A stretch of 15,479 nucleotides of DNA from Desulfosoma sp. (GTDB lineage: Bacteria; Desulfobacterota; Syntrophobacteria; Syntrophobacterales; DSM-9756), in contig JBBFKW010000025.1 of NCBI GenBank assembly GCA_037481835.1, forward strand, positions 1-15,479. The letters are read 5' to 3'. Shown here one piece after another: positions 7,893-14,105 of this stretch (position 1 is the stretch's first letter; every line of letters starts with the position of its first letter). The position numbers and the translations under genes were made by a program. The notes under the pieces are model-generated. The model was not told the DNA's origin. It worked only from the letters and a program-made list of their open reading frames with translations, and searched no databases.

Positions 7893-8669
7893 CTAAGATC
7901 GTGAAACGTAGACGACTGGAGGCAGCCGGTCGGCGTCATCGAGCCGCGCTTGCGCATCGTTTTGGCTTACCGTTTCCACCCGGGCGACACCGAGGGGGCG
8001 GCCGTCTTCGGCCACGATCGTGACGGAATCTCCCGGGGACACGCCGTCGGCGCTTCCCAGGCCGAAGAAAAGGGTTGTCGTTTTGTCCTTGCGCACAGTC
8101 CGATAGACCGGGGCCATGCCTTGACGGCGCAGCGCTTCGTCCAGCCTGTCGCTGGCTTTATAGGACAGGTAGAGGCAAAACACAAGAAAGGGCATGGCGG
8201 CCGCGGCCCCGACCCACGGGCTCAGGCCCAAGTAGCGCAACACAAAAGATCTTTCCGAGGCTTGAAAGGCCTGGCGATCGGCCAGCAGGCGGATGGTGTA
8301 AAGGGGATTTTGGGCGGCATCCTCGGGCTTTTCTCCGTGGAGGAACACGCGAAACGTGTAAGTTCCCTCGGGCGCCGTGGGCTCCACGGCCAGCTCCGCC
8401 CTCCACAGCCTCCCCTTGGCTTCCAGGAAGGTCACGCTCAGGCCCGGCGCCGTGGTTTCATAAGTGAGCCATCGCCGTTCGGGGATAGCCGCTTCGGTCT
8501 TGCCCGCCACGGGGGTTTTCATGCCTGGATAAAGGCGGATCTCGGTCTTTGGGGTACGAACGACGGCGGCCAGGCCGTCCATCAGGCATGCCGCCAGAAT
8601 CAACCCTGCAAGAACCCCGACCCGTTGGATCCACGATCCTGTGGGGGTATGGGCGGCTCCCATAATCAT
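7893..8669 (-). CDS. Uncharacterised membrane protein (N-terminal TM/signal, beta-rich periplasmic domain, TM, small C-terminal cytoplasmic beta domain)
   Basis: ATG 8669 overlaps the upstream TGA (ATGA coupling), 258 aa; alternative start 8663. Hydrophobic segments VGVLAGLILAACLMDGLAAVV and LSPWVGAAAAMPFLVFCLYLSY. C-terminal FFGLGSADGVSPGDSVTIV...LGVARVETV. Confidence 0.8.
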   Translation of the reverse strand: MIMGAAHTPTGSWIQRVGVLAGLILAACLMDGLAAVVRTPKTEIRLYPGMKTPVAGKTEAAIPERRWLTYETTAPGLSVTFLEAKGRLWRAELAVEPTAPEGTYTFRVFLHGEKPEDAAQNPLYTIRLLADRQAFQASERSFVLRYLGLSPWVGAAAAMPFLVFCLYLSYKASDRLDEALRRQGMAPVYRTVRKDKTTTLFFGLGSADGVSPGDSVTIVAEDGRPLGVARVETVSQNDAQARLDDADRLPPVVYVSRS

Positions 8670-8881
8670 GACTCCGCCCCAGCGGCCGCACTCAGCCGAC
8701 GGATGCGGCGAAGAAGCCACCAGGCCGCGCCCACCGTGACGGCGGCCAGAGGCACATAGGTTCGCAGGAACACGGCCGCCATGGCCTTCCCGTGCGGGGC
8801 GCTCCAATACATGCACAACGTCAGTTCGGCCAGAAGAAGCACATCCATGCCGAAAACGATGAGACGCCTTTGAGTGATCAT
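8666..8881 (-). CDS. Small 2-TM membrane protein (71 aa)
   Basis: GGGAG RBS about 8 nt upstream of ATG 8881. Two hydrophobic helices with basic flanks (QRR..., LLRRIRR). Its stop overlaps the next start. Confidence 0.75.
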   Translation of the reverse strand: MITQRRLIVFGMDVLLLAELTLCMYWSAPHGKAMAAVFLRTYVPLAAVTVGAAWWLLRRIRRLSAAAGAES

Positions 8882-8966
8882 CGTGATTTCTCCCGCTGTG
8901 TTCGCTCAGTCCCCACGCCTTCGTTGAAACCCGCGGTGCCGGAATCTTTGCAGGGGGCGGCTTTTC

Positions 8967-8990
8967 CCGACCCCCTCATGAGGAGGTCGG
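8967..8990 (-). other. Intercistronic RNA hairpin
   Basis: Sense strand CCGACCUCCU-CAUG-AGGGGGUCGG: 10-bp stem with one U-G pair that forms only on the minus strand. No U-tract. Confidence 0.55.
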
Positions 8991-9029
8991 CGGCCCCGGC
9001 AAGGAGCGGGCCGTTGCCGCCGGGTAGGT

Positions 9030-9368
9030 TTACTTTTTCCTGAGATCCTGTTTGGAAACGTTCATGATGCGCACAGCGATACGATCGGGACCATGCGCCT
9101 TGTAGGCGACGCGCACCACATCCCCGGGTTGGGGCGGAATGCCGACGAGGGTCTGCTTTTCGATCTTGTATTCCGACGTCACCCCCGTAGGGCGGCCGTA
9201 CGGGTGATCCGCGCTCTTGTGCGTGTCGAATTCCTCGATGGTCAAGGTGTTTGTCGCCTTGTCCATGGAAAGCACTTTTCCCTGTGCCACGTCGGCGGCG
9301 AGCGCCGTCGAGACCATGAGGAAAGCACCCGTTATGGCCAGGAACAAACCGAGAAGGGATCGTTTCAT
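9030..9368 (-). CDS. Small secreted/periplasmic protein (Sec signal peptide, probable OB-like beta fold)
   Basis: Start reassigned to ATG 9368 with GGAGG 5 nt upstream, 112 aa. MKRSLLGLFLAITGAFLMVSTALA|AD signal peptide (A-X-A site). QGKVLSMDK...TLTIEE...PQPGDVVRVAY...IAVRI pattern. Confidence 0.85.
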   Translation of the reverse strand: MKRSLLGLFLAITGAFLMVSTALAADVAQGKVLSMDKATNTLTIEEFDTHKSADHPYGRPTGVTSEYKIEKQTLVGIPPQPGDVVRVAYKAHGPDRIAVRIMNVSKQDLRKK

Positions 9369-9447
9369 GGGAACCTCCATGGGCGAGTTCTTGTGTTTTT
9401 GAAAAGTCTTAAAGACCATCTGGTTCCGTACCCGATGCTGGAGCCCG

Positions 9448-9473
9448 GCGGCCGCCCTTTGAGAGGCGGCCGC
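9448..9473. other. Intercistronic GC-rich hairpin after the TSUP gene
   Basis: GCGGCCGCC-N8-GGCGGCCGC, perfect 9-bp stem, 13 nt downstream of the TSUP stop. No immediate U-tract. Confidence 0.6.
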
Positions 9474-9486
9474 GACGGCCCTTGCG

Positions 9487-10524
9487 TTAGTAGGATCGGG
9501 AGGCCGCTTCCCGGGCCTTCTTTTCCCGAAGTTCATTGGCGGCGCCCCGGAACATGATCACGCAGATGTAAAGAGAGATGATGCTGATGGCGCCCAGCAC
9601 GACGACGGCTGCCGAGTTGTTGAAGCCGTATTGTTTCAGGATGATGGAGACCATGCATGCCAGCACGGCACAACCGAAAAGGATCCGAATGCCGTATCCC
9701 TTGGCGTACTTGGTGGCCACGGTGCCGATTTGGGCCCCGATGGCCGCTCCCGTGAGCATGACGAAGACGGCGACCAATTCGATCCGGCCTTTCATGCTGT
9801 ATGTGAAGGCGCCGTAAAGGCCGGAAATCATCACCTCGAAAAGGTCGGTGCCCACGGCAATGTGAGTGGGGCAGCCGATGAGGTACACAAGCGCCGGCAT
9901 GCGCAGCAACCCACCGCCGATGCCCAGAAAGCCCGCCAGAGCGCCGGTGGCGAAACTCACCATGATGGGCAACCACGCGGAACATGTGAAACCGGCGGCC
10001 TTAAAATGCACCATCGGGGGGATGCGGATCTTGTGGAGGGTCTTGTACCACGTGATGCCTTCCGTGCCCTTTTCCCCTTCCACAATGCCGGCTCTTTTCT
10101 TTTGCTCCGCCTTGTAGAAGTCATAGAAAACCATGGTGGCGATGAGGGCGAGGAAAACCACATAGACCCATCGGACGACGCCGCCCACGACACCGAGACG
10201 TTCCAAATACATGATGAGCTGGGCGCCGCACTCGATGCCGACCATCGTGCCGATGATCATGACGAAGCCGAGCTTGTAGTCCACGTTGCCGAACTTGGAG
10301 TGGCGCATGGTGGATACCATGGACTTTCCGGCAATATGAGCGATGTCCGTTCCGATGGCGAAGGCCATGGGAAATCCCAAAATGTTCAGCCCCGGCGTGA
10401 CCATCCAGGCGCCGCCCATGCCGAAAAAACCGCCGATGACGCCCACGGAAAAGCCGATAAGAAGCAACCCGGGCCACAGGATATCCATTCCCGCAATGGG
10501 CATATAAAGATACAACCAATCCAT
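9487..10524 (-). CDS. Sulfite exporter TauE/SafE (TSUP) family transporter
   Basis: AAGGAGG RBS then ATG 10524 (MDWLYLYMP..., 345 aa). Duplicated TSUP motifs GVIGGFFGMGGAWMVTP...AIGTD and GALAGFLGIGGGLLRMP...AVGTD, plus GAAIGAQIG. About 8-9 TM segments. Confidence 0.93.
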   Translation of the reverse strand: MDWLYLYMPIAGMDILWPGLLLIGFSVGVIGGFFGMGGAWMVTPGLNILGFPMAFAIGTDIAHIAGKSMVSTMRHSKFGNVDYKLGFVMIIGTMVGIECGAQLIMYLERLGVVGGVVRWVYVVFLALIATMVFYDFYKAEQKKRAGIVEGEKGTEGITWYKTLHKIRIPPMVHFKAAGFTCSAWLPIMVSFATGALAGFLGIGGGLLRMPALVYLIGCPTHIAVGTDLFEVMISGLYGAFTYSMKGRIELVAVFVMLTGAAIGAQIGTVATKYAKGYGIRILFGCAVLACMVSIILKQYGFNNSAAVVVLGAISIISLYICVIMFRGAANELREKKAREAASRSY

Positions 10525-10545
10525 GGTCAGCCTCCTTGTCATCTC

Positions 10546-10845
10546 TTAGTGCTCGATGATCTTACGGCTCTTCAGGTCCAAGCCCGTCCGCGCCATGAGG
10601 AAATCCATGAAGAAACCCAGAAAGGCTCCGTACAGGGCGGTCAGAACCACGGCCCAGACGGCGAAAAGCAGCGTGTTCGTGTTGTAGAGATCGGCGATGT
10701 ATTTCACAAAGGCGTTGTTGATAACCCGCGTGTCCGCCACGACCACCAACTGGGAGGCCTTTTCCCCGCCGGCCCATACCAACGACGGCACGGCCGTCAC
10801 CAGCCCCGCGACTCCCACGGCGATTTTTTTTGCGCGCTCCATCAT
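10546..10845 (-). CDS. Small membrane protein resembling the DVU0150 family (TSUP-associated)
   Basis: Start reassigned to ATG 10845 after GGAGG, 99 aa. Signal-like N-terminus ...VPSLVWA|GG, LVVVADTR motif, one TM (LLFAVWAVVLTALYGAFLGFFM) and C-terminal GLDLKSRKIIEH. The family name is from recollection of Desulfovibrio annotations and is unverified. Confidence 0.85.
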   Translation of the reverse strand: MMERAKKIAVGVAGLVTAVPSLVWAGGEKASQLVVVADTRVINNAFVKYIADLYNTNTLLFAVWAVVLTALYGAFLGFFMDFLMARTGLDLKSRKIIEH

Positions 10846-11068
10846 GATGAAAACCTCCTCCCTCCGATGTTCGTGAAAAACAACCACTCCCTCGTGGTTT
10901 CCCTCATGGATCTCTTCAACTTCTCGACGCCGGATCTTTTCCTCCTTTCTTTTTTGTCTTCCCGTCTCATTCCTTTTGCGGCCCTTTCGGTCCTTTCCAT
11001 CCTTTGTCCCGAAGCCCTTTTCGGCCTGGTCAGGCTTTGGCGACCTCGGGCTTGCCGCCCGGGTCGCA
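10846..11068 (-). promoter_or_regulatory. Long structured, purine/GGA-rich 5' leader of the TSUP operon
   Basis: 11-bp hairpin at 11040-11067 directly after the predicted sigma54 start. Further hairpins at 11024-11035 and 11009-11024. 13 GGA triplets between 11009 and 10856, one in a hairpin loop (AACCAC-GAGGGA-GUGGUU, 10899-10882). Confidence 0.5.
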
Positions 11069-11078
11069 CCATCCATCA

Positions 11079-11094
11079 ATCAAAAGGCGTGCCC
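11079..11094 (-). promoter_or_regulatory. Candidate sigma54 promoter for the TSUP/PiT operon
   Basis: Minus strand GGGCACG-CCTT-TTGAT: near-perfect -24 box, correct 10-nt spacing, GA instead of GC at -12. Divergent from a sigma54 activator gene. Confidence 0.6.
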
Positions 11095-11107
11095 GATTCA
11101 TCGGGCA
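11090..11107. promoter_or_regulatory. Perfect inverted repeat TGCCCGAT-TC-ATCGGGCA overlapping the -24 element
   Basis: 8-bp arms with a 2-nt spacer, read directly from the sequence. Confidence 0.4.
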
Positions 11108-11228
11108 GGCTTGCGGGATGGCGAACAGATCCTTTGAGGGAGAGGATAAAAATTTTTGATCCGCAAAAATCGCGCACCCCCTAAGCCATCCGAACCTTCC
11201 ATCGCGCAGGCTCGGTTCCATGGCGGCT

Positions 11229-11247
11229 CATTGAAGTCAATGTATTG
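11229..11247. promoter_or_regulatory. Palindrome CATTGA-AG-TCAATG overlapping an IHF-like site
   Basis: 6-2-6 palindrome at 11229-11242. AGTCAA-TGTA-TTG (11235-11247) has one mismatch to the IHF consensus WATCAA-N4-TTR. Lies roughly midway between the two divergent sigma54 candidates. Confidence 0.4.
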
Positions 11248-11407
11248 AAACGACTCATGGAAAATGGAAGAACGCGCATTCCTGTCAGGGGCCTTAACAC
11301 TTGAGGGATAGCGAATTGGAGGCGGCAGTCCGGGGCACGGCGTCCATCTACCAGAAAAGTCAGGCGATTGCAGTTACTTGAAGATAAGAGGCCTTGGGGC
11401 ATCCCTT

Positions 11408-11423
11408 TGGCATGGAAGCTGCT
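11408..11423 (+). promoter_or_regulatory. Candidate sigma54 promoter for the activator/PEP-synthase-like unit
   Basis: TGGCATG-GAAG-CTGCT: GG(11409-10)-N10-GC(11421-22), close to TGGCACG-N4-TTGCW. A weaker overlapping GG-N10-GC lies at 11398-11411. Confidence 0.6.
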
Positions 11424-11486
11424 TCGATACTGGCGCGACCGCAAATGGCCGAAGAACCGGACCATGGAAAGGGGGAGAAAGCGCGG

Positions 11487-14105
11487 ATGAGGTGGAAACC
11501 GTTCTATGAGGAATGGCCCGGGTGGGGCGGGGGGATGTCCTTCAGGGCCTTTCGCATCCGCACGAAGTTGTGGCTTACCCTGGTGCCGACGGTGCTGACC
11601 ATCTTGATCGTCATGGGCTATGTGAGCCACTGGTTTTCCAGTCGGTTTCTCCAGGAAGCCGTCCGGCGCACGGTGTTACTCCAAACTTTGGCCGTCGCCC
11701 ACGAATATGAAATGTTCATGGATCGGTGCCGGGAGGATCTCCTTTGGGTCGCTCGAGACGGCGTTACGGAAGAACGCCTTCGGGACGTGTGGGCGGGGTT
11801 CAAGGCCGCACGGGGGTGGGCCTATGCGGAGATCGGCTTTGTGGAGAAAGCCGGCGGCAACGGCATTGTGTTGGCCATGTCCGGCGAGGGGGTGGAGCCC
11901 GTCGTGCTTGAGCCGGGCACATCCCTTTGGGACGGCATGGATGCGCTGTACGGGTGGACTCAAGGGCCTCCGGAGTCCGATCCCGGGCCGTGGATCGGTC
12001 CCGTGGTGCATGTGGGGTACCGATCGGTGGACGGGACGGCTTTCTATGGGAAGGCGACCCACGTGGTGCGTTTCATGGCGCGAGTGCGCGCCCGGGACGG
12101 GGAATGGCCCGAAGGGTACGTTTTCCTTTCCGTGGACGCCCGCCGGTGGCGGGATATTCTCTCTCTTTACAATTCTCCGCAATCCCCCCTTTTCGGTTTC
12201 GTTCGCAGCCCGGAATTGCGCTATCTCTATTTTATCGATTCTCAGGGCTGGATTCTTTTCCAATCGGAAGACAAAGTGGATTCGGGAAAGGCCTTGAACA
12301 CGGATACGGCCCGTTTCGGGCTTTCAGGAACCTACGGCAGGCCCGGCCTTCCCTTCGCCTTTCGTCCCAACGTGGATCATGCGGATTATTGGGGCATCGC
12401 CGGGGACATTCGGGAAATCAAGTCCGGCGTCCTCATCCGCTATGTTCCCCCGGCATCCGAGAGCAAGGTGGATCGGGTCTATATCGGGTATGCCCCCATC
12501 CTGTTTTCCAAGGGGCCCGGTGCTGAGGAAAGAACCCTTTGCGGCGGCGTGGTCTTTGTGGACCGCAGTCGACTCATCACCATGGCCGGGTATCGGCAGG
12601 TGGACGTGGTTTTCATCGTGGGGCTGGTCAGTGCGGTGCTCGTCGCCGTTTTGCTTTGGGGGGTGAGCCGCATCATCACGCGCCCCCTCTACCGGCTGGC
12701 CGCGGCGGTGAACGACATCCAGGAAACCGGCCGTCTGGAGCCCATCGATATTCCGGAAAAGGATCTGGACACCGCATTTCTCAAAGACGCGGTGAATCGG
12801 CTCGTCGAGCGCATTCGGGATCAGATGGCGGCCTTGGAGATGCAGGATCGACAACTGCAAGAAATGATCATGCGCGAGAAGATTTCCCTGGACGAGGAAA
12901 GCGATGCCTTGCGGCAGGATCGCCGAAGCTTGCCCGAACCCTTGGCCAGGTTGGTGGGGCAGTCGCCGGCCATGCAGCGGTTTCGGGAGTTTGTCGTCCG
13001 GGCCGCTTCCGTCGAGGCCGATGTGCTCATTGTGGGGGAAACGGGCACGGGCAAGCAGCTGGCCGCCGAAGCCATCCACGCCTTGAGCCGGCGGGCGTCC
13101 AAGCCTTTTGTGGCCATCAACTGCGGCGCATTGGACGAAAACCTTCTCTTGGACGCCCTGTTCGGGCATGTGAAGGGGGCGTTTTCCGAAGCCAAGAGCG
13201 AGCGGAAAGGGGCGTTTATGGCGGCCGACGGCGGGACGCTCTTCTTGGACGAAATCGGCACTGCATCCCCCAAGGTGCAGCAAGCGCTGCTTCGCGTCCT
13301 GGCGGAGCGCAAGGTGCGTCCCTTGGGAAGCGACGTGGAACATGCCGTGGACGTCCGCGTGGTGGCGGCGACGAACGTGGACTTGCTGGACCTGGTCCGG
13401 CGGGGCCTTTTCCGGGAGGATCTCTATTACCGACTCAACGTGCTCACCTTACAGACGCCGCCTTTGCGGGAACGGCGGGAGGATATCCCGCTTTTGGCGG
13501 CCCATTTCCTTTCGGAAGCCGGGGCTAAACTGAACCGCTCCACGGTGTCGTTGACCCAGGGGGCTTTGGAAGCCCTCTTGGCCCACGATTGGCCGGGGAA
13601 CGTGCGTGAATTGGAAAACCGTCTGACCCGGGCCGTGGCCATGACCCAAGGTTCGCGGATTCACGCCTCCGATTTGGACCTGCAAGGGGATGCGGGGGCG
13701 CTCGCCCCCATGGGTGCCAACGGCGAATCGGAGGCGAGGGAGGCGATGGGCTGGAGAAGTGGTCACGCGGGAAAAGGCATGGGCGGGGACCCTTTCCGTG
13801 AGGGCGATGAGGGCAGTGTGCAAAGGACCGTGGGAGGCAAGCGGGAAGCGCCTCCGGTGGAACTCAACGAACGGCAGCGCAAGGCCCTGACGGTGCTCCT
13901 CCAGCGCGGCCACATCACAAGGGCCGAATATCAGGAAGCGGTCGGAGGCGGCGTGGCGCCTCGAACAGCTCTCAATGATCTTCAGGACATGGTGGCGAAA
14001 GGGGTGCTCAAGAAAACAGGCCGAGGGCCGGCGACGCGCTACAAGGTAATGCGGCGCGAGCACCTCCTGGCGTGTGTCGACGAAGGGCCCGGAGGATCTT
14101 CATGA
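11487..14105 (+). CDS. Membrane-anchored sigma54-dependent transcriptional activator (TM - periplasmic sensor - TM - HAMP - AAA+ - winged-helix C-terminus)
   Basis: Start uncertain: 11487 follows GGAG, alternatives are 11445 and 11535; the ORF-track TTG at 11394 lies upstream of the predicted promoter. TM1 LWLTLVPTVLTILIVMGYV; TM2 VVFIVGLVSAVLVAVLLWGV; HAMP IITRPLYRLAAAV. Walker A GETGTGKQ; INCGAL...LFGHVKGAFSEA; Walker B LFLDEIG; FREDLYYRLN; WPGNVRELEN. C-terminal LNERQ...ITRAEYQ...RTALNDLQDMV..GVL...GRGPATRY. Confidence 0.95.
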   Translation: MRWKPFYEEWPGWGGGMSFRAFRIRTKLWLTLVPTVLTILIVMGYVSHWFSSRFLQEAVRRTVLLQTLAVAHEYEMFMDRCREDLLWVARDGVTEERLRDVWAGFKAARGWAYAEIGFVEKAGGNGIVLAMSGEGVEPVVLEPGTSLWDGMDALYGWTQGPPESDPGPWIGPVVHVGYRSVDGTAFYGKATHVVRFMARVRARDGEWPEGYVFLSVDARRWRDILSLYNSPQSPLFGFVRSPELRYLYFIDSQGWILFQSEDKVDSGKALNTDTARFGLSGTYGRPGLPFAFRPNVDHADYWGIAGDIREIKSGVLIRYVPPASESKVDRVYIGYAPILFSKGPGAEERTLCGGVVFVDRSRLITMAGYRQVDVVFIVGLVSAVLVAVLLWGVSRIITRPLYRLAAAVNDIQETGRLEPIDIPEKDLDTAFLKDAVNRLVERIRDQMAALEMQDRQLQEMIMREKISLDEESDALRQDRRSLPEPLARLVGQSPAMQRFREFVVRAASVEADVLIVGETGTGKQLAAEAIHALSRRASKPFVAINCGALDENLLLDALFGHVKGAFSEAKSERKGAFMAADGGTLFLDEIGTASPKVQQALLRVLAERKVRPLGSDVEHAVDVRVVAATNVDLLDLVRRGLFREDLYYRLNVLTLQTPPLRERREDIPLLAAHFLSEAGAKLNRSTVSLTQGALEALLAHDWPGNVRELENRLTRAVAMTQGSRIHASDLDLQGDAGALAPMGANGESEAREAMGWRSGHAGKGMGGDPFREGDEGSVQRTVGGKREAPPVELNERQRKALTVLLQRGHITRAEYQEAVGGGVAPRTALNDLQDMVAKGVLKKTGRGPATRYKVMRREHLLACVDEGPGGSS

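Noticed and set aside
10846..11079. 78-aa charged N-terminal extension of the DVU0150-like protein, and the overlapping 76-aa ORF 10842..11072
   Set aside because: The purine-rich tract lacks T and so lacks stops by composition. The ORF starts fall in or next to the predicted promoter, and a strong RBS precedes 10845. A translated leader ORF ending at the ATGA overlap is not excluded without ribosome profiling.
9631..11184. 517-aa plus-strand ORF
   Set aside because: Antisense shadow of the TSUP and small membrane genes. No domain features.
11229..11242. Possible FNR/CRP box
   Set aside because: TTGA-N2-TCAA spacing does not fit the FNR consensus TTGAT-N4-ATCAA. Kept only as a generic palindrome/IHF-like site.
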